Shown: positions 1 to 6,916 of the stretch, piece by piece
Position numbering within the stretch: position 1 is the first letter of the stretch
Layout of the letters: each line of letters starts with the position of its first letter
DNA from: a virus
Taxonomy: Duplodnaviria; Caudoviricetes
Reading direction: 5' to 3' (one strand)
DNA: 28,959 nt
Virus record (IMG/VR): IMGVR_UViG_3300022173_000100
Coordinates: 1-28,959 of that record
Notes under the pieces: model-generated
What the model was told of the DNA's origin: nothing
Database searches by the model: none
Seen by the model: the letters and a program-made list of their open reading frames with translations, nothing else
Position numbers and translations under genes: made by a program

Positions 1-192
1 ACACAAAAAAAAAAAAAAAAAATAAATAATAACAGATACTTAGCTCCATAGTAAAAAGACCCAAAACGCCTAACCCCTTGAAATCAGTTGTACTTATATT
101 TTTTTTTGAGTTATTTATTTTTAAGTACATAAGTACAGTATTAGTATAACTTATACCCTGCCCAACCACAATTCAAGTAGTTACGAAAACTG

Positions 193-221
193 TTGACACC
201 GCGACAACTTTGTGGTATAAT
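193..221 (+). promoter_or_regulatory. Host sigma70 promoter, extended -10
   Basis: TTGACA(193-198)-17 bp-TATAAT(216-221), with TG at 213-214. Confidence 0.9.
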
Positions 222-238
222 ATTGATTGGAGAGTTTT

Positions 239-448
239 ATGAAAACTAGAAAATGCTCAGCTTGTAAAGAATTAAAAGCTTCAGATTGTTTTTATACTAA
301 ATCTCGCTACTGCAAAATCTGCACCCGTGAATATGGAAAGCGCAACTCACTCAAACACATTCTTAATATTCCTAATGTTACTGATTACGATAAAAAACAA
401 TACAATATCAACAAAGCTATAATAGAAAAATATTTAGAAAAAAAGTAG
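239..448 (+). CDS. Small Zn-finger protein (CxxC...CxxC)
   Basis: GGAGAG SD at 229-234 supports ATG 239 rather than TTG 227; CSAC...CKIC resembles the N-terminal Zn module of the EndoVII ORF at 6500. Confidence 0.7.
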   Translation: MKTRKCSACKELKASDCFYTKSRYCKICTREYGKRNSLKHILNIPNVTDYDKKQYNINKAIIEKYLEKK

Positions 449-453
449 ATCAT

Positions 454-469
454 TGGCACCATTCTTGCA
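454..469 (+). promoter_or_regulatory. sigma54 (-24/-12) promoter consensus
   Basis: TGGCAC-cattc-TTGCA, exact GG-N10-GC spacing, intergenic. Confidence 0.65.
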
Positions 470-517
470 CGCTAAAACGCACGCCGCAGTAATCCCTCAA
501 CCAACCACCCTACTAAC

Positions 518-546
518 TTGACAGATTGGACTTTTTCTGATATAAT
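518..546 (+). promoter_or_regulatory. Host sigma70 promoter (rightward member of convergent pair)
   Basis: TTGACA(518-523)-17 bp-TATAAT(541-546), TG at 538-539. Confidence 0.9.
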
Positions 547-596
547 GGAAGTAGCGCTTTTACGTTGTAGCGCCAAAACGTGCGGACGCTACTTTC

Positions 597-625
597 ATTA
601 TAACATGGTGGCGTGGTGACGTCAA
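597..625 (-). promoter_or_regulatory. Host sigma70 promoter (leftward member of convergent pair)
   Basis: Minus strand reads TTGACG(625-620)-17 bp-TATAAT(602-597) with an extended TGn. Confidence 0.85.
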
Positions 626-661
626 GGACAAAACGTGTTAGCCATATCAAACAAAAGTCTA

Positions 662-677
662 TGGCATAAACTTTGCA
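662..677 (+). promoter_or_regulatory. sigma54 (-24/-12) promoter consensus
   Basis: TGGCAT-aaact-TTGCA, exact spacing, intergenic. Confidence 0.6.
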
Positions 678-721
678 AGGCGGCGAAACGCCCCAAGGTT
701 AGTATTACCTCAAAATAGTTG

Positions 722-750
722 TTGACTTATTATCAATAATAACCGATAAT
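722..750 (+). promoter_or_regulatory. Host sigma70 promoter
   Basis: TTGACT-17 bp-GATAAT; near-palindrome TTATTATCAATAATAA (727-742) in the spacer. Confidence 0.7.
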
Positions 751-766
751 AATTATGGAGGTACTT

Positions 767-946
767 ATGGAATTTTTTATGGCTATAGCATTACTTTGTC
801 AGGTTGCAACTGGAAACGAACTTCGATGGAAATCGGAATCGGAGCAAGCAAGTTGTCATAAATATTATGCAAAATGTTTTAGAGAATCTAAAGCTAAATT
901 TAAAAACGATACTGAGGTTTTAACTCATTGTGTTGAGAGTAGATAA
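767..946 (+). CDS. Small Cys-containing protein with hydrophobic N-terminus (possibly exported)
   Basis: GGAGG SD at 757-761 fits ATG 767; MEFFMAIALLC N-terminus; 4 Cys. Confidence 0.65.
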   Translation: MEFFMAIALLCQVATGNELRWKSESEQASCHKYYAKCFRESKAKFKNDTEVLTHCVESR

Positions 947-964
947 ATTCTAAAGGATTACCTC

Positions 965-1111
965 ATGAGCTACTACTCAACTGATAGGATTATATCTGGA
1001 ACCAAAGTAATGATAGGAGCCGACATCTACCTCGTCCAATCATGTGTCGACCTATCGTGGATAACGGGTGGAGAATCAATAGGTTATCATCTTCAATTAA
1101 TTAAGTGTTGA
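965..1111 (+). CDS. 48-aa hypothetical protein (not in ORF track)
   Basis: AAAGGA upstream; ATG 965 to TGA 1109-1111 (MSYYSTDRIISGTKVMIGADIYLVQSC...HLQLIKC); fills the gap between neighbours. Confidence 0.6.
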   Translation: MSYYSTDRIISGTKVMIGADIYLVQSCVDLSWITGGESIGYHLQLIKC

Positions 1112-1136
1112 CACAAACATGTCAATATGATATGAT
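1108..1136 (+). promoter_or_regulatory. Host sigma70 promoter with palindromic operator
   Basis: TTGACA-17 bp-TATGAT with TGn; inverted repeat TTGACA-N6-TGTCAA (1108-1125). Confidence 0.8.
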
Positions 1137-1153
1137 TGAGTTAAGAGGTAATT

Positions 1154-1342
1154 ATGATTTTATTAATCCTAGGTTTTCTTTCAATAATATTTTTATGGGC
1201 AGAACACACTCGTTGGGAGAATAAACGTAACAACGCTGGACCGCTATCATCGTGGGATAAGATGTCTGATGATGAGAAGTTTGCTCACTATGAAAAAACA
1301 ATTGCCCAGCAAATACAAGATAGACAAAACAAACTGCAGTAG
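1154..1342 (+). CDS. Small membrane-anchored hypothetical protein
   Basis: AAGAGG SD; N-terminal hydrophobic helix MILLILGFLSIIFLW. Confidence 0.75.
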   Translation: MILLILGFLSIIFLWAEHTRWENKRNNAGPLSSWDKMSDDEKFAHYEKTIAQQIQDRQNKLQ

Positions 1343-1377
1343 CCGCGACGCCCAGAGTACGTAGCTAACCCTCAAAC

Positions 1378-1629
1378 TTGGAGAGTTATATAGCTACGGC
1401 GTGCAAAAAGTGCAACAAACCCTCAACAGTGACTCTTTCAACTATGAAGTGTGAAATGATGAATGGTGTTATGTGCGCTGTCAACGTTGAAATCACAATG
1501 TGTGACATCAAAACTTGTCAGCACAGTTTCATGACTGACGAACAACATAAATCTTATCGCTCTGCTTTATTAAAAGAGTATAATCGTAAAAAAGATATTG
1601 TTCCGAAATGGAAAAAACCCTCCTCATAA
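1378..1629 (+). CDS. YgiT/MqsA-type Zn-finger protein without HTH (true start possibly ATA 1390)
   Basis: CKKC ... CDIKTCQHSFMTDEQ followed by a helix ending YNRKK, like the MqsA N-terminal domain. Confidence 0.65.
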   Translation: MESYIATACKKCNKPSTVTLSTMKCEMMNGVMCAVNVEITMCDIKTCQHSFMTDEQHKSYRSALLKEYNRKKDIVPKWKKPSS

Positions 1630-1639
1630 AACCCAGATA
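1628..1639 (+). promoter_or_regulatory. Putative phage late promoter motif, copy 1
   Basis: AAAACCCAGATA; recurs before portal, scaffold and tail genes. Confidence 0.65.
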
Positions 1640-1653
1640 GTATAGGGATAGTA

Positions 1654-1932
1654 ATGGAAGAGACAATGGTAAACACCGAATCTGAGAATACACGAGAACT
1701 CTACTTAATTGATGGAGAGTCTAGAAACGTCAAATCGCCGTATTACCAACGACTTGTCCAATACACCCGATCTTTGATTCGCGCACTAAACGGTGCAAAC
1801 GTTACACCGGATTTAGAAACCTACTGCTACCATCAAATGTGGCTTACGCGGGTCGAGATGAATAAATATCGTGAAGCGTTTTTACGCACATTTCAACCGG
1901 AGCATACACCCGATGGACCAAACGCGAGTTAA
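1654..1932 (+). CDS. Hypothetical protein
   Basis: 92-aa ORF, AGGGA SD, directly behind the late motif. Confidence 0.65.
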   Translation: MEETMVNTESENTRELYLIDGESRNVKSPYYQRLVQYTRSLIRALNGANVTPDLETYCYHQMWLTRVEMNKYREAFLRTFQPEHTPDGPNAS

Positions 1933-2197
1933 AGAAATTAAAGCCCTCCTCAAAATTATGCATGATAACGGTGTTACTAACTTAAAGGTTGGGGACATTG
2001 AGATTTCACTTCCAAAGCCCAAAACCCCAATTAAAACTCAAATCATGCAAGTGTCACCACAAGAAAAAGCTGCTATCCAATCTGCTTTTGGGAATCACCA
2101 ACATGCAATGGAAATGCTAAATAAGAAGCCAGCGTTCACTGATAAGACTGAGTTCGATGAATTGGACGATATTTTGTTTGCTCATGAGAAATTTTAA
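1913..2197 (+). CDS. Pre-portal hypothetical protein; N-terminus resembles the AccB/BCCP N-terminal domain
   Basis: GGAG at 1899-1902 and in-frame ATG 1913; KEIKALLKIMHDNGVTNLKVGDIEISL. Confidence 0.65.
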   Translation: MDQTRVKEIKALLKIMHDNGVTNLKVGDIEISLPKPKTPIKTQIMQVSPQEKAAIQSAFGNHQHAMEMLNKKPAFTDKTEFDELDDILFAHEKF

Positions 2198-2201
2198 CCA
2201 T

Positions 2202-2213
2202 AAATCCCAGATA
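2202..2213 (+). promoter_or_regulatory. Putative phage late promoter motif, copy 2
   Basis: AAATCCCAGATA upstream of the portal. Confidence 0.7.
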
Positions 2214-2276
2214 TCTTAAGATAAATGACCATTAAACGGCATAATTCAATCATTTTATATTAAATTAAGGCAAATT

Positions 2277-4166
2277 GTGGCGAAAAAACCATCTAAAATA
2301 GAAGAAAAAGTTGTTGCATACGATCCTAAAGCGAAAGTGATTGAGGAGTATGTTAACCAACCGGCTAACGGCGGCACAATTAAGTCACAGTGGTGGAAAG
2401 TAGAGCCTGAAAACCAATTTAAACACATCGCGGCTGTAACTAACTCAATAATAGAATCTCAATCCTACCGTCAAATGATGAATTTACGGTATGCACGTTT
2501 ATACGCCAATCAAGACTTACAAGGTTTTGGAATGGGAATGTATGATCGCGTAACAGCTACCTCTATTCAAAATCGTGCATCTTATAACGTTGTAAAAGCT
2601 TGTGTAGATTCTGCAGCTGCTAAGATTGCGAAACAAAGACCTAGAATTGTAGCACTCACAAACGGTGGATCGTGGAATTTACAACAACGATCTAAGAAAT
2701 TAAGCAAATACATTGGTGGTCTATTTAATAACATGAATGCCTATTCAGAAATGAGTAAAGTATTTGTTGATGCTTGCGTATTTGGTACTGGCGCTTTAAA
2801 AGTTTTTCAAGATGGAGAAACGGTTAAGTGTGAGCGAGTGTTTATTAATGAAATAGTGGTAGATGATGCTGAGTCCATTTACGGACAACCTAGACAACTA
2901 CATCAAATTAAATACATCAGCAGAGATGTTCTTATAAACATGTTTCCAGAACACGCGGAAAAAATTATATCTGCTTCATCTGGAATGCCAGGAGACGCTT
3001 CTACAACCACATCCTATGCTGCGGACTATATCACAGTAAGAGAATCTTGGCATTTAAAATCTGGAAAAAACGCCACCGACGGTGTTAAAGTTATTTCAAT
3101 AGAAAATTGCACACTAGACTCGCAACCTTATAACAAGGATGATTTTCCGTTTTTATTTTTAAAATGGTCTAGACGTTTACTCGGTTTTTTTGGTGTTGGT
3201 ATTGCAGAAGAATTAATTGGTTTACAGATTGAAATTAACAAACTTTTAAGAGATATTCAATCGGCTCAAAACCTTGCTTGCGTACCTAGGGTTTTAATTG
3301 AGTCTGGATCAAGCGTAGTTGAAGACCACATCAATAATAAGATCGGCTCAATTATAAAATATACCGGAACCGCGCCAACAATTGTTACAGCAAATGCAAT
3401 GCCTACTGAACTTTACAATTTTTTAGAAACACTATATCAAAAAGCGTTTCAAATCACAGGTATTTCCCAACTCTCCGCGTCTTCTCAAAAACCAGCTGGA
3501 CTAAACTCCGGTGTGGCTTTACGTGAATACCAAGATATTGAGACAGAAAGATTCAGCCTAGTATCTCAAGCTTACGAAGACATGTTTATTGAATTAGGGA
3601 ACCGATGTATTGACTTATCAAAAGAGTTATCCGAGATTAATCCTAAACTATCTATAAATGTTGTTGGAAGCCAACTAGTTGAAGAAATATCGTGGTCGGA
3701 AATCCAAGTAAGCAAAGATCAATTTATTTTACAACTATACCCAGCGTCCCTTTTACCAACTCAACCAGCCGGACGGTTACAACGAGTTCAAGAGTTATTG
3801 CAAGCAGGTATGATTAATCAAACTACTGCTAAATCTTTACTTGACATGCCAGATTTAGATGATGCAATGGATAATGAGCTTGCTGCTTATAATGATATAC
3901 ATGCAGTAATTGAGTGGATGATGGAGAAAAATGAATACTCTGCTCCAGAGCCTTTTATGAATCCAGAATTGTGTATTCAAATAGGTAACTCACAATATTT
4001 ACGCGCAAAAACTAGTGGAGTTGAGGAAGAAAAGTTAGAACTATTAAGACGATTTATTGAGGATAGTGCGCAGCTAATAAAACTAGCTACTCCACAACAA
4101 CCTACTAACCCAGCCTTGGCAGTTCCTGAAGCGCTTCCAACGTCTGATCTAATTCCTCAAGCGTAG
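2277..4166 (+). CDS. Portal protein (podovirus/P22-like)
   Basis: 629 aa, GTG start; portal-like motifs YNVVKACVD..AKI...RP, FGVGIAEELIGLQIEIN, SGVALRE; precedes scaffold and capsid. Confidence 0.9.
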   Translation: MAKKPSKIEEKVVAYDPKAKVIEEYVNQPANGGTIKSQWWKVEPENQFKHIAAVTNSIIESQSYRQMMNLRYARLYANQDLQGFGMGMYDRVTATSIQNRASYNVVKACVDSAAAKIAKQRPRIVALTNGGSWNLQQRSKKLSKYIGGLFNNMNAYSEMSKVFVDACVFGTGALKVFQDGETVKCERVFINEIVVDDAESIYGQPRQLHQIKYISRDVLINMFPEHAEKIISASSGMPGDASTTTSYAADYITVRESWHLKSGKNATDGVKVISIENCTLDSQPYNKDDFPFLFLKWSRRLLGFFGVGIAEELIGLQIEINKLLRDIQSAQNLACVPRVLIESGSSVVEDHINNKIGSIIKYTGTAPTIVTANAMPTELYNFLETLYQKAFQITGISQLSASSQKPAGLNSGVALREYQDIETERFSLVSQAYEDMFIELGNRCIDLSKELSEINPKLSINVVGSQLVEEISWSEIQVSKDQFILQLYPASLLPTQPAGRLQRVQELLQAGMINQTTAKSLLDMPDLDDAMDNELAAYNDIHAVIEWMMEKNEYSAPEPFMNPELCIQIGNSQYLRAKTSGVEEEKLELLRRFIEDSAQLIKLATPQQPTNPALAVPEALPTSDLIPQA

Positions 4167-4168
4167 TA

Positions 4169-4198
4169 AAATCCCAGATTTAATAGCCCATAGTGGGC
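4169..4198 (+). promoter_or_regulatory. Putative late promoter motif, copy 3, plus 5' hairpin
   Basis: AAATCCCAGATT then GCCCA-TAG-TGGGC. Confidence 0.7.
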
Positions 4199-4229
4199 GC
4201 TAAAAGATAACATTTCAAAAGGAAAACCA

Positions 4230-5141
4230 ATGTCAGAATCGCAACCAGTGAATTCAATGATGCCATCATCTACCCCTGCTACAGAAGAAGTTAAAGTTGT
4301 AGAACAACCTAACCCAGAAAAATCACAAGAACCCGCTTCCACTAAAGAAGAACAAGATTTCTCCTCAAGGTTTGCAGCACTTTCTCGTAGAGAAAAACAA
4401 CTTATTGAGAAAGAACGTAAATTGAAAGATCTTGAGTCCAAGTATAAAGATAAAGACTCAAACTACCAATCATGGGAAGAAAAGAAAGCTAAGTTTAAAA
4501 CCAACCCAGACTCAATATTTGAAGAAGTTGGTATGAGTTTTGACGAGCTTGTTAATTACAAATTAGGCTTAGCTACAAAAGAGGAAGAAAAGGCTAATGA
4601 TCCCGATGCTATGTATAAAAAACTAAAGGCTGATTTACAAGCTGAATTAGAAGCTAAAGAAAAAGCTAAGGTAGAAGCCGAAGAAAAAGCCCGCCAGGAA
4701 CGTGAGCAACAAGAAAACACCCAGATAATAGAAAGCTTTAAGTCTGAACTGGTAGAAACCATTAAGAAAAATGCTGATAAATACGAGTTAATTAACTATC
4801 AGCAGAATTTTGACCTAGTTTTTGACGTAATTCAACAGTACTTTGATGAACACGAAGAGGTTCTCCCAATTGACCAAGCGGCTGATCACGTTGAGTCATA
4901 TTTGGAGTCTTTAGTGGAAGGAGCTACTAAGTTGAAGAAGTTTCAATCAAAATTTGCACCTAAGGCAGAACCAACGCAAGTGCCTGAAAGTGCTACCAAG
5001 ACAAACCAGGGTCAAGATAATACCCCAAAAACCCTGAGTAACTCGTTAAACGCACAAAACTCAAGCTTTAATCGTGAACCGATCAGCATTGAGGAAAGCA
5101 AAAGACGTGCCGCTCAACTCTTGCGATGGAGCAATACTTAG
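4230..5141 (+). CDS. Capsid scaffolding protein
   Basis: Glu/Lys-rich coiled coil between portal and capsid; basic C-terminal helix (ESKRRAAQLL). Confidence 0.85.
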   Translation: MSESQPVNSMMPSSTPATEEVKVVEQPNPEKSQEPASTKEEQDFSSRFAALSRREKQLIEKERKLKDLESKYKDKDSNYQSWEEKKAKFKTNPDSIFEEVGMSFDELVNYKLGLATKEEEKANDPDAMYKKLKADLQAELEAKEKAKVEAEEKARQEREQQENTQIIESFKSELVETIKKNADKYELINYQQNFDLVFDVIQQYFDEHEEVLPIDQAADHVESYLESLVEGATKLKKFQSKFAPKAEPTQVPESATKTNQGQDNTPKTLSNSLNAQNSSFNREPISIEESKRRAAQLLRWSNT

Positions 5142-5142
5142 T

Positions 5143-5167
5143 TTTACTAGCAATGGTTGTTAGTAAA
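5143..5167 (+). promoter_or_regulatory. Stem-loop in capsid leader (processing or stability element)
   Basis: TTTACTAGCAA-TGG-TTGTTAGTAAA, 11 bp with one G-U, no U-tail on +. Confidence 0.5.
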
Positions 5168-5203
5168 CAAAAATTAAAAAAACTTTCTTAAAAGGAATAA
5201 ATT

Positions 5204-6424
5204 ATGTCTTTAGATCTTACCTCGTTTGATGCTGCGCTTAAGCAACATTATACTAATGATGTAGTCCAGATGATGGTCTACAAAGATAACCCTCTTCTAG
5301 CTTTAGTTTCTAAATATGAAGATTTCGGTGGTCGTAACTTACCAATACCTTTGATATATGGTAACCCACAAAACCGATCTGCTACTTTTGCAACTGCTCA
5401 AGCTGGTACTTCTACTTCTAAACTAGAAGATTTCGTGTTAACACGCGTAAAAGATTACTCAATCGCTACTATTGATAACGAAACTCTTGAAGCTTCTAAA
5501 GGTAATGCTAACGCATTTATGGAAGCTGCTACTGTAGAAATCGATGGTTGTATTAACAGCTTAACTCGATCTCTAGCTATCTCTATGTACCGTGATTCTT
5601 CTGGTTATATTGGACAAGTTAATGCTGAACCGTCTACAAACGCTTCTACGTTCCAAATCCAACTTAAATCAGCTGAAGATGTTACTAACTTTGAACTTGG
5701 TCAAGTTATTGTAATTTACTCTGCAAAAACTGGTGGATCTATCAGAACTTCTGATGGTTCAGATGATGAATTTCCAGTTGTAGCAATCAACAGAGCTTCT
5801 GGTCTATTAACAGTAACTGGAACTTATTCTGGTTCTGGTGATATCGCAGCAAACGATTATATCTTTGTTGAAGGCGATAGAGGTCTTAAAGTTTCTGGTC
5901 TTGAAGGATGGGTTCCATCTTCTGCTCCAGCTGCTACTGCTTTCTTTGGTGTTGACAGAAGTGTTGATACTCGTTTAGGTGGTTTACGTTTGGATGCTAC
6001 TGCTCTTCCAATCGAAGAAGCTCTTATCAATGGTGCAAGTTTAGCTGCTAGAGAAGGTGGAAAAATTGATCACTTCTTTATGTCATACGCTAAATATGCT
6101 GAGTTGGAAAAAGCTCTTGGATCTAAAGTTCAATATGTTGATCTTAAAGTTAACCCTGAAGTTGGTTTCCGTGGTATCATGGTAAATGGTCCTCGTGGTC
6201 CAATTAAGTGTATCCCAGATCAAAACTGTCCGTCTTCTTCAATTTTTGGTCTTCAGTTAAATACTTGGAAACTTTACTCACTTGGTAAAGCTGTAAGAGT
6301 AATTGATAGTGATGGACTTCAAATGTTGAGACAATCATCTGCTGATGGGGTTGAAGTGCGCTACGGCTTCTACGGCAATTTGGGTTGCAACGCACCCGGA
6401 TATAACATTAATATTTCCGTATAA
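5204..6424 (+). CDS. Major capsid protein (HK97 fold)
   Basis: 406 aa, AAGGA SD, strongly biased codons, follows scaffold, followed by a terminator. Confidence 0.9.
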   Translation: MSLDLTSFDAALKQHYTNDVVQMMVYKDNPLLALVSKYEDFGGRNLPIPLIYGNPQNRSATFATAQAGTSTSKLEDFVLTRVKDYSIATIDNETLEASKGNANAFMEAATVEIDGCINSLTRSLAISMYRDSSGYIGQVNAEPSTNASTFQIQLKSAEDVTNFELGQVIVIYSAKTGGSIRTSDGSDDEFPVVAINRASGLLTVTGTYSGSGDIAANDYIFVEGDRGLKVSGLEGWVPSSAPAATAFFGVDRSVDTRLGGLRLDATALPIEEALINGASLAAREGGKIDHFFMSYAKYAELEKALGSKVQYVDLKVNPEVGFRGIMVNGPRGPIKCIPDQNCPSSSIFGLQLNTWKLYSLGKAVRVIDSDGLQMLRQSSADGVEVRYGFYGNLGCNAPGYNINISV

Positions 6425-6445
6425 TTAGTTTTAGTTTTTTAAACT

Positions 6446-6474
6446 AGGGAAGGGAGAAATCCCTTTCCTTTTTT
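6446..6474 (+). terminator. Rho-independent terminator
   Basis: AGGGAAGGGA-GAAA-TCCCTTTCCT followed by a T-run. Confidence 0.9.
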
Positions 6475-6483
6475 ATGTTTTTG

Positions 6484-6492
6484 TGTTATACT
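6484..6492 (+). promoter_or_regulatory. Extended -10 promoter for a leaderless endonuclease mRNA
   Basis: TGtTATACT ends 7 nt before ATG 6500; no SD. Confidence 0.6.
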
Positions 6493-6499
6493 ATAAGAT

Positions 6500-6916
6500 A
6501 TGAAAACAAAATGGTGTAATAGATGTGAAATTGAAAAACCGGAAGCGGATTTTCATAAAGATAAAACAGTTCGTAGTGGATTATATGGGTTTTGTAAAGT
6601 ATGCAAAACTAATGCCAGCAAACAATGGCAAAAAGATAATCCAACTAGGAAACGAGAAACTCAGTTAAAACGCAACTACGGTATATCCTTAGAAGATTAC
6701 CAAGAAATGAAAAAAGCACAAAATAATTGTTGCGCAACTTGTGATAGAAATGAAAGTGAGTTAAAAAGAAGTTTGATGGTAGATCACTGCCACACTTCTG
6801 GAAAAATAAGAGGATTACTTTGCGATGAATGCAATTTATCCTTAGGTAAAATTAAAGACAATATACAAACTTTAGAAAAAATGATTTTGTATTTAAAAAT
6901 AAATCCTGGTAAATAA
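6500..6916 (+). CDS. Endonuclease VII-family HNH (probable free-standing homing endonuclease)
   Basis: YGISLEDY...QNNCCATC...VDHCHTSGKIRGLLCDECN..LG...DN signature; N-terminal CxxC-CxxC. Confidence 0.92.
   Translation: MKTKWCNRCEIEKPEADFHKDKTVRSGLYGFCKVCKTNASKQWQKDNPTRKRETQLKRNYGISLEDYQEMKKAQNNCCATCDRNESELKRSLMVDHCHTSGKIRGLLCDECNLSLGKIKDNIQTLEKMILYLKINPGK

Noticed and set aside
545-619. 24-aa ORF MEVALLRCSAKTCGRYFHYNMVAW
   Set aside because: Its ATG lies inside the -10 box and there is no SD; better explained by the promoter pair
227-1912. ORF-track starts at 227, 755 and 1871
   Set aside because: The SD sequences lie downstream of these codons and fit 239, 767 and 1913
6212-6221. ATCCCAGATC in the capsid gene (also a minus-strand CCCAGAT near 12539)
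   Set aside because: Coding position, lacks the AAA prefix, no properly placed gene start
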